A stretch of 64,000 nt of DNA. Source: a bacterium. GTDB lineage: Bacteria > Patescibacteriota > Minisyncoccia > Minisyncoccales > CG1-02-41-26. The DNA lies in assembly GCA_030603395.1 (NCBI GenBank), contig JAUVXX010000002.1, forward strand, positions 79,807 to 143,806, in the 5' to 3' direction. Both the position numbers and the translations under genes were made by a program. The notes under the pieces are model-generated. The model did not search any database. It saw only the letters and a program-made list of their open reading frames with translations, and had not been told where the DNA came from. How positions within the stretch are numbered: position 1 is the first letter of the stretch; the number at the start of each line of letters is the position of its first letter. Of the stretch, positions 8,053 to 15,570 are shown piece by piece.

Positions 8053-10371
8053 TTATTTTCTAAGTTCCTCAATCTTTCTTACGACGTCCTCATTGCCAGG
8101 ATTGAGCTCCAAAACTTTCTCAAACTCTCTTAGGGCGGATTCGTTCTCTCCCCTTCTCTCGTAAGCCAATCCCAGAGAATAATGGGCATTAGCATGATTG
8201 GGAGCAAATCTTATTATCTGCTGAAAGAGGTCAACAGCTTCATCTATTCTGTCGGAATTGTAATAAAGCCGACCCAGCTGGAAAAGGACTTCGGTGTTAA
8301 AGGGGTAAAATTGCGCCAACGTTTCCATTCTTCTTATTGCCTCCTCTATCCTCTGCTCGCTCTCGTCCAATAAACTTAGCTGTAAATTGGCATCAAGGTA
8401 TTCTGGCATCAATTCAACGGCTCTCCTGAACAACTCCCTGGCCTCTGTTATTCGGTTGTCAATCACCTTAAGTTTCCCCAGTTCGGTCAAGAGAACCGGA
8501 TTTCTCGGTTCGAGAGCCAAGGCGTTTTCAAAACTTTTAGTCCCCCACTCCAAAGCTCCTTGAGCTACCCCCCTAATATCGCGATAAATAACCCCTAATG
8601 TTTCTTGCGCTGCCACTCTATTAGGGCTAAGTTCAGTGGCTGCTTTCCCTTCTGCCACGGCCAGAGCCACCATATTCCCTATGACCTGATTGTCGGGTGT
8701 CGATTTGGCGGCTTCTTGAGCAAATCTTTGGAGATAAGTTCTGGCTAAAACAATGTGGTAGGTGCCTCTCTTTTCAGCAAGCCGGGTGGCTTCTTCCAGG
8801 TTCTTGAGGTTCTGGGTGGGATTTACCAGATAACTTTTGTATTTAACATCAGCCAAATAATATTTCCCCAGGCTGAAAAAGCAAAAAGCAAATCCAATCA
8901 AAACCACCCAAAAGATAACGCTAAAAATCAAACCAACCTCCGGAAAGTCCTTGAAAGAATAAACTTTCTCCTTGGGAGTACGGTCCCAAGAAACCACAGT
9001 CAGGCCCAGAAACAACCAGAAGCTAAAAGCCAGAATAATGTTCTGGTAAAAAACGAACTGCCCTATGAACAAGACAACAAAGCCAAGTAATAACGGTATT
9101 TGGATTTTGGCTGCCCTATTGGACACCCCGTAGGGTTCTTTTGGATTTGATTTGTCGTTTGGATTTTGGCTTTTGGATTTTAATATCATTAGCGATATCA
9201 TCAAGAACATGCCTACCATCAAAAAATAACTCAAAATTCCCAGAATTCCTACTGTCCCAAAGATTTCAGCAATATGGTTGCCGGCTCTGTCAAATCTTAT
9301 TTGCCAAAACTCACTTTGCAGGAAATCTACCGATTTAAATTTAGCGAAAGTGTAACTGAAATTGCCGAGCCCGGCTCCTAAAACAAGGTGCTCTTTTAAC
9401 CCCTGTCCCGCAACGCTCCAGCTGGTTCCTTGCTCCAAAAGCACTTCGCTTGGTAAATTACTGAAGCTGGAATCCTGAGGCAAAAGACTCTGCAAAGGAT
9501 TAAACAAAAGGAAAATCAAAGCAATCAACAAAAAGAAAATTGACAAGCTCAGTCGCCCAACGTCCTCTTTAAACACTCTTTTCCAAAAGGCAAATCCCAG
9601 AAAGCAAAGCAAAGTCAAAAGTATCATCAGCCAGGCTGGCCAAAAGTCAGTTAGCATTAAGAGAAAAAGCGAAGCAAAGAGCAAGAGATAAAATCCGAGA
9701 TTACCTCTTTTCTCCCCCTTGCCCGCCGTAGCTCCCGCAGGAGCGGAGGCGGGTTTCTCTTTGAAAGCCAATAGGCCAATTACCAATACCGAAATAAATG
9801 CCAAAAATATTGCCAGCTGTTCAAGGGAACCCCCGATGCTGTTGAAAATCCGGAGTTTCATCAGCTGGGGGAATTGCCAGTTGCCGGGTATGACGTTTTC
9901 AATTCTCGCCCAAATTCCAAATAAAGAAAAATAACTTATTGAAACCGCCAAGAACGCCGACCAGAGAAAAACTTTGAGTAAACCACTTATTCTAATAAGT
10001 CCTTCCTTGGCTTTAACGTTATTGGTAATCAGGAAATAAAAACCTCCCAAAGACAAAATCCCCATTAACGACGGCCAAAACCTTCCATAGAAGCCGAGCA
10101 AACTGGTAATCTTATCCTGAGAGAACAAAGCGCTAAAAATCATCACCACCAAAAATCCCAGAACATAAAGGTCAAGCGGGGTCCGGCGGAACCTAATCTC
10201 TTTATCTTGAAAAATCATCTTGCCCAACCAGGCCAAAATGCCGATTGAGACCAAAATGAAAAGTAAATAACCTTTGTTAAACTCAAATGCCTCAAAGCTG
10301 AAAGACAGCCAGAAAAGAGGCATCAGAAAAACGAGCGCGTAAATACTGAGCTTTATAACTTTTTGCCACAT
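8053..10371 (-). CDS. O-antigen ligase (Wzy_C)-like polytopic membrane protein with C-terminal TPR repeats (paralogue 1)
   Basis: The protein has many TM helices and the Wzy_C-type motif RAGNHIAEIFGTVGILGILSYF. The C-terminal ~230 aa carry TPR-like repeats (ALALEPRNP..., AVELMPEY..., IRFAPNHANAHYSLGLAYERRGE...LELNPGN). The ORF-track start at 10422 is a TTG inside a palindromic repeat, so I prefer the ATG at 10369-10371 (MWQKVIKL...). Confidence 0.7.
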   Translation of the reverse strand: MWQKVIKLSIYALVFLMPLFWLSFSFEAFEFNKGYLLFILVSIGILAWLGKMIFQDKEIRFRRTPLDLYVLGFLVVMIFSALFSQDKITSLLGFYGRFWPSLMGILSLGGFYFLITNNVKAKEGLIRISGLLKVFLWSAFLAVSISYFSLFGIWARIENVIPGNWQFPQLMKLRIFNSIGGSLEQLAIFLAFISVLVIGLLAFKEKPASAPAGATAGKGEKRGNLGFYLLLFASLFLLMLTDFWPAWLMILLTLLCFLGFAFWKRVFKEDVGRLSLSIFFLLIALIFLLFNPLQSLLPQDSSFSNLPSEVLLEQGTSWSVAGQGLKEHLVLGAGLGNFSYTFAKFKSVDFLQSEFWQIRFDRAGNHIAEIFGTVGILGILSYFLMVGMFLMISLMILKSKSQNPNDKSNPKEPYGVSNRAAKIQIPLLLGFVVLFIGQFVFYQNIILAFSFWLFLGLTVVSWDRTPKEKVYSFKDFPEVGLIFSVIFWVVLIGFAFCFFSLGKYYLADVKYKSYLVNPTQNLKNLEEATRLAEKRGTYHIVLARTYLQRFAQEAAKSTPDNQVIGNMVALAVAEGKAATELSPNRVAAQETLGVIYRDIRGVAQGALEWGTKSFENALALEPRNPVLLTELGKLKVIDNRITEARELFRRAVELMPEYLDANLQLSLLDESEQRIEEAIRRMETLAQFYPFNTEVLFQLGRLYYNSDRIDEAVDLFQQIIRFAPNHANAHYSLGLAYERRGENESALREFEKVLELNPGNEDVVRKIEELRK
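9139..9182. repeat. TTTGGAT/TTTGGCT heptamer-type low-complexity tract inside the coding sequence
   Basis: The plus strand reads ttttggatttgatttgtcgtttggattttggcttttggatttt, which encodes KSKSQNPNDKSNPK. The same motif family occurs in the 7943-8052 spacer. Confidence 0.6.
9709..9760. repeat. GC-rich two-tier palindromic element, copy 1 (inside paralogue 1)
   Basis: tttctcccccttgcccgccgtagc tcccgcaggagcgg aggcgggtttctct. Compared with 34575-34620, the 24-nt left arm has 2 mismatches and the 14-nt right arm is identical. The outer stem is CCCGCC/GGCGGG and the inner stem is GCTCC/GGAGC. Confidence 0.8.
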
Positions 10372-10380
10372 GAGCTTTTG

Positions 10381-10420
10381 CGATATTTCAATATATCGAT
10401 ATTTCGATATATCGAAATTC
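10381..10420 (-). promoter_or_regulatory. tandem 16-nt palindromic motif (CGATATTTCRATATAT x2 plus a partial copy) in the 5' leader of the Wzy_C/TPR gene
   Basis: cgatatttcaatatat cgatatttcgatatat cgaaattc. This contains the perfect 16-nt palindrome TTTCGATATATCGAAA and the 13-mer GATATTTCGATAT (10398-10410), which recurs at 20468-20480. Confidence 0.55.
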
Positions 10421-10439
10421 AATTTAACGACTTATATTA

Positions 10440-10467
10440 ATTATAACTTAATCAATTCAAAAAGCAA
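10440..10467 (-). promoter_or_regulatory. candidate sigma70-type promoter (-35 TTGCTT, 16-nt spacer, -10 TATAAT)
   Basis: The minus strand reads TTGCTTtttgaattgattaagtTATAAT. It lies between tRNA-Gln and the palindromic leader. Confidence 0.3.
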
Positions 10468-10480
10468 AGTTAAGAAATGA

Positions 10481-10554
10481 TGGCTGCGGGGCTAGGATTC
10501 GAACCTAGATCACGAGAGCCAGAATCTCGGGTGCGACCATTACACCACCCCGCA
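10481..10554 (-). tRNA. tRNA-Gln (anticodon CUG), CCA encoded
   Basis: The reverse complement is TGCGGGG-TG-GTGTAATGGTCGCAC-CGAGA-TTCTGGC-TCTCG-...-GGTTCGAATCC-...-CCCCGCA-G-CCA. The cloverleaf has a U1-A72 pair, the anticodon stem CGAGA/TCTCG, the loop TTCTGGC and a T-loop GGTTCGAATCC. Confidence 0.9.
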
Positions 10555-10557
10555 ATT

Positions 10558-11469
10558 TTAAACTTTTAAGTATTTGCGGACAGCCAGAAGAAAGGAAGTA
10601 ATTCCCAGACCGAGAGCAAAGACAAATTGGATTAGAAGCAAAGAAAGGAAATTTTCTTGGAAAAAAGTTAAAAAGTTAAAATCTAAAAGCCAGGTTTGTA
10701 ATCTTGAATTTAAGAAATTTAAGCTAGCGAAAAAGATTAAACTGGCTATACCAACAGCCAAAATTCCATAGATGATGCTTTGAACTAAAAAGGGGCCCCG
10801 GATAAACCAATTTGTTGCTCCTACCAGCCTCATGGTGCTGATCTCATCTTTTGAAGTGAAAATGGTCAATTTGACGGTATTGAAAGTAATAAGAATAACC
10901 AAAATTCCCAGGATTAAACTTAAGATAATGCCAGCCGTTTTAACGTTATTAATTATAGAAAAGAGCCGAACAATTACTTTTCTGTTTTGATAGTAAGAAA
11001 CTTTCTCAACTAAATTTTTAAAGGGACCTTCCACCAGGTAGTCGGAAATTTGAGCATAAAAGACAGGGTCTTTTGTTCTGATATTTAAAGAAGCCAAAAA
11101 GGGATTCTCCCCTACCTCTTCCAAAGCCTGAAGATAAAGCGGGTCATCCTGGTGTTTCTGGAGGAAAATTTCTTGAGCTTGAACTCTGGAGACGTATCGG
11201 ATGTCTTCTATGGCTGTTGAAAATTTATAAAGTCCTTGTTTAACTTCTAAAATATTATTTTCGGAAGTGTCTTTTTTGAAATAAACTGATATGTCAACTT
11301 TCTTTTGGGCTTCGGCAATTAAAAATTCGCTCAAGCCCTGAAAAAGGAAAAGTGAGATAACCACCAAGACGGCTACCGTCATAATAAAGATTACCTGGGA
11401 GCTCAAACCCTTATGCCGTAAAAATCCCTGCCAACCAAATTTGAAAATGCGTTTTAAAGACGTAAACAT
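10558..11469 (-). CDS. ftsX: cell division ABC transporter permease FtsX
   Basis: 303 aa with four TM helices and a large extracytoplasmic loop after TM1. It lies immediately downstream of ftsE. The N-terminus LKRIFKFGWQGFLRHKGLS is typical of FtsX. Confidence 0.85.
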   Translation of the reverse strand: MFTSLKRIFKFGWQGFLRHKGLSSQVIFIMTVAVLVVISLFLFQGLSEFLIAEAQKKVDISVYFKKDTSENNILEVKQGLYKFSTAIEDIRYVSRVQAQEIFLQKHQDDPLYLQALEEVGENPFLASLNIRTKDPVFYAQISDYLVEGPFKNLVEKVSYYQNRKVIVRLFSIINNVKTAGIILSLILGILVILITFNTVKLTIFTSKDEISTMRLVGATNWFIRGPFLVQSIIYGILAVGIASLIFFASLNFLNSRLQTWLLDFNFLTFFQENFLSLLLIQFVFALGLGITSFLLAVRKYLKV

Positions 11470-11474
11470 AGTTT

Positions 11475-11495
11475 TACAGAGGACAGTCCTCTGTA
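11475..11495. repeat. 19-21-nt hairpin TACAGAGGAC-A-GTCCTCTGTA between ftsE and ftsX (copy 1 of 2)
   Basis: A near-perfect palindrome fills the 29-nt ftsE-ftsX spacer. The same arms (ACAGAGG/CCTCTGT) recur at 15949-15969. Confidence 0.75.
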
Positions 11496-11498
11496 ATC

Positions 11499-12185
11499 TT
11501 AAAGGATGAATTTTCCCTGGGGGTCGTCGCGGATTAGTTTTCCTTCCTCCAGGGTAATTACTCTCCGATCTAAACCAATAATCACTTCTTTGTTATGGGT
11601 GGCTAAAATTATAGTGGTGCCCAGCCGATGGATTTTTTTAAAAAGATTGACAATCTCAAAAGTGTTGTAAAGGTCTAAGTTGCCAGTTGGCTCATCGGCC
11701 ACGATAACTTCCGGGCGATGGCAAAGAGCACGGGCGATGGCCAATCTTTGCTTCTCTCCCCCAGAAAGCTCCTCTGGGAAATTGGCAGCCCTCTCGGTCA
11801 AGCCCACTATATCTAAAATCTGAGGAACATCCCTTTGAATATCTCGGTCAGAAGCTCCGATAACCTGCATAACATAAGCAACATTTTCGGCAACCGTTTT
11901 CAAAGAAAGAAGCTTATAATCCTGGTGGACGACTCCGATTTTTCTCCTGAGTTTTTGGAGGTCCTTCTGGTTTCGGTGGATGCTCTTTCTCTCAAAAAAA
12001 ACTTCGCCCCGAGTTGGTTTTTCTTCCCCGATGAGTAAACGAATTAAGGTGGTCTTGCCAGCTCCGGACGTACCGGCGATAGAAACGAATTCTCCTTTTT
12101 GAACTTGAAAAGAAACATCTTGCAGAGCAACAATCGGTTTTCTGCTTGAGTGATAAATTTTGGTGACGGTCCTAAATAAAATCAT
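11499..12185 (-). CDS. ftsE: cell division ATP-binding protein FtsE
   Basis: Walker A is GTSGAGKTT, the ABC signature is LSGGEKQR and Walker B is [12 protein letters not shown]. The ORF-track 5' extension to 12359 lies inside prfB. The ATG at 12183-12185 ([11 protein letters not shown]...) gives a canonical 228-aa FtsE that overlaps the prfB stop by 14 nt. Confidence 0.9.
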   Translation of the reverse strand: MILFRTVTKIYHSSRKPIVALQDVSFQVQKGEFVSIAGTSGAGKTTLIRLLIGEEKPTRGEVFFERKSIHRNQKDLQKLRRKIGVVHQDYKLLSLKTVAENVAYVMQVIGASDRDIQRDVPQILDIVGLTERAANFPEELSGGEKQRLAIARALCHRPEVIVADEPTGNLDLYNTFEIVNLFKKIHRLGTTIILATHNKEVIIGLDRRVITLEEGKLIRDDPQGKFIL

Positions 12186-13107
12186 GTAGTTTGGTTTCTG
12201 CTTCAATAAATTTATCCAAATTTCCGTCAAGAACTCCATCCACATCGCTTGTCTCAATATTGGTACGGTGGTCTTTGACGAGTTGGTAGGGATGGAAAAC
12301 ATAAGAACGTATTTGATTGCCAAATTCAGGAGAAACTCTCTTTCCTTTGATTTTTTCAAGCTCTTGCTGTTTCTCTCGCTGCCTCAGGTCAAACAATTTG
12401 GCAAGTAAAACCTGCAGAGCCCTCTTTCTGTTTTCTCCCTGCAGTCTTTCAACCTGACAAGCCACCTGCAAACCAGTTGGCAAATGGGTAATTCTAACAG
12501 CTGATTCCCTTCGATTAACATACTGACCTCCGGGGCCGGAGGCTCGGAAGGTCTCTGTCTTGAGGTCTTCTGGCCTGAGAGTAATTTTGGCTTCTTCTGG
12601 TGTTTCAATCTCTGGAATTATCTCAACCTTACTGAAAGAGGTGTGACGAAGTCCTTTGGCTGAAAAGGGAGAAATACGAACCAGTCTATGGACGCCGGTT
12701 TCTCTTTTTAAGATCCCGTAAACCCCCTTCCCTTTAATCTCCATGGTGATTGATTTAAGGCCGATTCTTCCTTCGGGCCCTCCACCTTCGGCAAAAGTCT
12801 GCGCCAAAATTTCCACCCTGAATCCTTTTTTGGAACAATATCTCTGATACATTTCAGCAAGCAAGGCTGTCCAATCTTCGGCATCCCTGCCGCCTGCTCC
12901 CGATTGAATAAAAAGAAGAACTGGTCCTTTGTCGTATTTCCCTCCGCTTTTCACGATTAGTTTAATCCTGTCTTTAAGCAAAGAGTATCTTTTTTGAATT
13001 TTTGCTGCCTCTTCTTTGTTTTGCCAAAAATCCGGCTTTCGCATCAGCGATTCAAGGTGCTTAACCTTTTCTGTCAATTCCTCAGTTTTTTCTTCAATTT
13101 CCCCCAT
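12172..13107 (-). CDS. prfB: peptide chain release factor 2 (short N-terminal domain, no programmed frameshift)
   Basis: Has the RF2-specific SPF motif (RISPFSAKG) and the GGQ motif (SGPGGQYVN). It is a single uninterrupted 311-aa ORF. tRNA-Thr lies 45 nt upstream, which leaves no room for a frameshift leader. Confidence 0.9.
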   Translation of the reverse strand: MGEIEEKTEELTEKVKHLESLMRKPDFWQNKEEAAKIQKRYSLLKDRIKLIVKSGGKYDKGPVLLFIQSGAGGRDAEDWTALLAEMYQRYCSKKGFRVEILAQTFAEGGGPEGRIGLKSITMEIKGKGVYGILKRETGVHRLVRISPFSAKGLRHTSFSKVEIIPEIETPEEAKITLRPEDLKTETFRASGPGGQYVNRRESAVRITHLPTGLQVACQVERLQGENRKRALQVLLAKLFDLRQREKQQELEKIKGKRVSPEFGNQIRSYVFHPYQLVKDHRTNIETSDVDGVLDGNLDKFIEAETKLHDFI

Positions 13108-13152
13108 GTTCTTTTCTCTTTCTTTTTAGCATGTTTTAATGGAAATTAAAAG

Positions 13153-13225
13153 AGCCAGAGATCGGATTCGAACCGATGGCCTGAGCTTTACGAAAGCCCT
13201 GCTCTACCAACTGAGCTACTCTGGC
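13153..13225 (-). tRNA. tRNA-Thr (anticodon CGU)
   Basis: The reverse complement is GCCAGAG-TA-GCTC-AGTTGGTA-GAGC-A-GGGCT-TTCGTAA-AGCTC-AGGCC-ATCGG-TTCGAAT-CCGAT-CTCTGGC-T. This is a complete cloverleaf with no encoded CCA. Confidence 0.9.
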
Positions 13226-13240
13226 GTCGCAAGTGCTCGG

Positions 13241-13311
13241 AGCGGGATACCAGGATCGAACTGGCGTTTCTTCCTTGGGAAGGAAGTGTACTACCACTGT
13301 ACTAATCCCGC
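13241..13311 (-). tRNA. tRNA-Gly (anticodon CCC)
   Basis: The reverse complement is GCGGGAT-TA-GTAC-AGTGGTA-GTAC-A-CTTCC-TTCCCAA-GGAAG-AAAC-GCCAG-TTCGATC-CTGGT-ATCCCGC-T. It lies 15 nt from tRNA-Thr. Confidence 0.9.
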
Positions 13312-13312
13312 C

Positions 13313-13750
13313 TTACCTGATTTTTAATTTTTCCAACAACCAATCTGAAATTTTTCCCCAGAAGGTCTCCTCTTTGTCCTTCTCTCCTTCTTCTACCCTC
13401 TCTTTGAGCACAAAAGCAACAACTTTTTCTCCCTCCTCCTGAAGATTCAAGTCCTCACGAGCCACCTTTTCTAAATAGTCACCACTTTGGGCTCTTGAGA
13501 GCTTGGTGATTAATTCTTCTCTTCCTGCTTGGGATTTCTGGAGTTCTCCCTGAATGTTGGTCAATTCTCTTTGTAATTTAGCTCTTTCTCGGCCTATTTT
13601 CAAGTTCAAAGTTATCAGAAAAATCAGAAAAATTCCAGCCAGCACCACCAGAAATATTGAGAATAGTTCTTTCCATCGCCGTGGCTGACGAGAGACCCTT
13701 TTCTTTTTGTCTTTGAATCTCTTTTTAAATCTCTGAGAAAATGTTATCAT
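13313..13750 (-). CDS. septum formation initiator family protein (FtsB/DivIC-like)
   Basis: It has a basic N-terminus, one TM helix (LFSIFLVVLAGIFLIFLITL), a coiled coil, and YLEKVAREDLNLQEEGEKVV, which resembles the DivIC/FtsB C-terminal motif. The ORF-track start at 13768 is a TTG; the first ATG is at 13748-13750. Confidence 0.6.
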   Translation of the reverse strand: MITFSQRFKKRFKDKKKRVSRQPRRWKELFSIFLVVLAGIFLIFLITLNLKIGRERAKLQRELTNIQGELQKSQAGREELITKLSRAQSGDYLEKVAREDLNLQEEGEKVVAFVLKERVEEGEKDKEETFWGKISDWLLEKLKIR

Positions 13751-13863
13751 AAGAGTGATGCGAGTCAAAGTTTTATTTAAGGCTTTTTGGATAGTAGTTG
13801 TTTCAATGATTGTGGTTAGTCTGATTCTTTCTTTATTTTAGGCTAACAAATTTTTAGATTTTC

Positions 13864-15558
13864 TCAACCCTTAAATTGTTTTTTAATGGAGAGCCAAATT
13901 ATTTTTGGCTCTTTTGATTTAAGAAGGAGGGAGAAAACAAGATAGACCCCTACTCCCCCAAATAGAGCTAAGAGGACCTGAAAGAAAATTCCAAAAAATG
14001 TCTCCAAATCAAGGAAGCTTGGGGAGATTCGCAGCCAGCCAAAGACCAAGATAATCATTAACAGGGTGGCTGTAAAAACTTTTTTCAGCCCCTGACTGAA
14101 ACGTGGCTGAAGGGTAAATTTTTTGAATTTCTTTTTTAGAAAAATAAAAAGGAGAAGAAATTGAAAGACGGAAGACAAAGAGAGAGCTAAGGGTAAGCCG
14201 AGAACGGAAATGTTTTTGACCTGGGATAGGTTGAGAGTCCCCGCTATAAAGTTTTCAAAAATGTTTGAGGTCCGGAAGAGCTTAACCAGGAAAAAACAGA
14301 GAGCAATGTTTAAAATCATAGATAAAATGGCGATTTTAACCGGAGTTTTGGTATCTTGCTGGGAGAAGAAAGCTCTGATTAAAAGCGGGGTGAGAGCCGC
14401 AGCAAAAAGCGCCAAGACAAATATTCCCAGGGCGGCTGAGGTCAATTGGGTTTCCCACCAGCTAAATTTCCCTTGACCCAAAATTGACGTCCCTAAAACT
14501 ATTCGGACGATACCGACCCTTAAAAGAAAAATTAAGAGACTCAGGGGAATTATCAAGAAAAGAATTCTGGAAAAAATATCAGAGAATTCTTTCAAAAAGT
14601 CCTCTTTTTTTCTCTGGACCCAGGCTTTAGCTAAGGCGGGGAAGGTGGCTACAGCAAAGGAAATGCCAATTAGCCCTATCGGTACTCCCTGGAGATTGTT
14701 GGCAAAGTTGAAAATAGTTAAAGAGCCCGGAACCAAGGTGGAAGCAATGGCCGTAACAACTATTAGATTTATATGGAAGGCGGCCGAACCTACAATTCGG
14801 GGAAGCATTAATCTAAAAATCTTTTGAAGACCGGGGTGTCTGAAATTAAAAGAGGGTTTAAAGCGGAAGCCAAATTTCAGAGCAGGGAAAATCTGTAAAA
14901 TTAGATGGAGAAAAGCCCCCGAAATAACTCCCAGGGCCAATCCCTTTAAACCAAAGATGGGAACTAAAAATAAAATTCCTGCAATGATTCCGACATTGTA
15001 AAAAATCGGAGCTAAAGCCAAAGCAAAAAATAAATTAAAGTACTGTAAAATTCCCGAGAAGATAGCTGAAATTCCCAAAAGAATTGGTGAGAAAAACATT
15101 AGACGAGTCAAGGCAACAACCAGTATTTTTTGCTCGGGAGAAAAACCGGGAACAATAAATCTAATCAGCTGAGGAGTGAAAACGGCCAATAAAGAACAGA
15201 GTGGAATTAACAGCAACAAAAAGAAGGTTAAGACATTGTTGGTTAAAACTTGAGCTTCAGCAGGGATAGTCCCTGTCTTGTCCCTGCTCTGTTTCTGCCC
15301 TGTCCCGAAGTATTCTGAGAAAACTGGCAAGAAAGCAGCCACAATTCCTCCGGTGATTAAAATTCCATAGATAAAATCAGGGATACGAAAAGCAGCAAAA
15401 TAAATATCGGTTTGCTGCTTACTAAAAAGATTGGCTAAAAGATTGTCGCGAAAAAGCCCCAACAGACGGCTAATCAATGCCGAGGAAGCGAGCAGTATGG
15501 CGGCAAAGGTAACGGTTTTTGTGGTGGAATTTAAAAAACGACTAAGCATTAATTTCAT
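13864..15558 (-). CDS. murJ: lipid II flippase MurJ (MviN family)
   Basis: About 14 TM helices, with N-terminal SRLLGLFRDNLLANLF and FRIPDFIYGILITGG typical of MurJ. The ORF-track start at 15609 overlaps the 3' end of the RNase P RNA. The ATG at 15556-15558 (MKLMLSRF...) avoids that overlap. Confidence 0.85.
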   Translation of the reverse strand: MKLMLSRFLNSTTKTVTFAAILLASSALISRLLGLFRDNLLANLFSKQQTDIYFAAFRIPDFIYGILITGGIVAAFLPVFSEYFGTGQKQSRDKTGTIPAEAQVLTNNVLTFFLLLLIPLCSLLAVFTPQLIRFIVPGFSPEQKILVVALTRLMFFSPILLGISAIFSGILQYFNLFFALALAPIFYNVGIIAGILFLVPIFGLKGLALGVISGAFLHLILQIFPALKFGFRFKPSFNFRHPGLQKIFRLMLPRIVGSAAFHINLIVVTAIASTLVPGSLTIFNFANNLQGVPIGLIGISFAVATFPALAKAWVQRKKEDFLKEFSDIFSRILFLIIPLSLLIFLLRVGIVRIVLGTSILGQGKFSWWETQLTSAALGIFVLALFAAALTPLLIRAFFSQQDTKTPVKIAILSMILNIALCFFLVKLFRTSNIFENFIAGTLNLSQVKNISVLGLPLALSLSSVFQFLLLFIFLKKKFKKFTLQPRFSQGLKKVFTATLLMIILVFGWLRISPSFLDLETFFGIFFQVLLALFGGVGVYLVFSLLLKSKEPKIIWLSIKKQFKG

Positions 15559-15570
15559 TGTATAAAAAAA

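Noticed and set aside
10372-10422. TTG-initiated N-terminal extensions proposed by the ORF track here and at 7943-7960 (ftsZ), 13751-13768 (ftsB-like), 16410-16427 (rnhA), 39459-39491 (PglC-like), and the GTG at 62478-62483 (RmlC-like)
   Set aside because: Each extension starts at TTG or GTG, runs through repeat or palindromic sequence or overlaps the upstream gene, and is followed shortly by an ATG that gives a family-typical N-terminus. The true starts remain unverified.
12186-12359. 58-codon 5' extension of ftsE in the ORF track
   Set aside because: It lies entirely inside the prfB coding region in another frame. The ATG at 12183-12185 yields the canonical FtsE N-terminus just before Walker A.
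12384-12608. Same-strand alternative-frame ORFs nested in real genes (12384-12608, 17666-17947, 18860-19153, 19160-19351, 20333-20530, 41678-41884, 42293-42580, 54839-55048, 55237-55470, 1166-1363, 3688-3915, 29637-29924, 46898-47182, 47476-47673)
   Set aside because: They are fully contained in, or largely overlap, longer ORFs with clear family signatures. They have no motifs of their own and their composition reflects frame-shifted translation.
13108-13152. Looked for the canonical RF2 +1 programmed frameshift site (CUU UGA C) and an upstream short ORF
   Set aside because: prfB is one continuous ORF, and only 45 nt separate its ATG from tRNA-Thr. No frameshift cassette is present.
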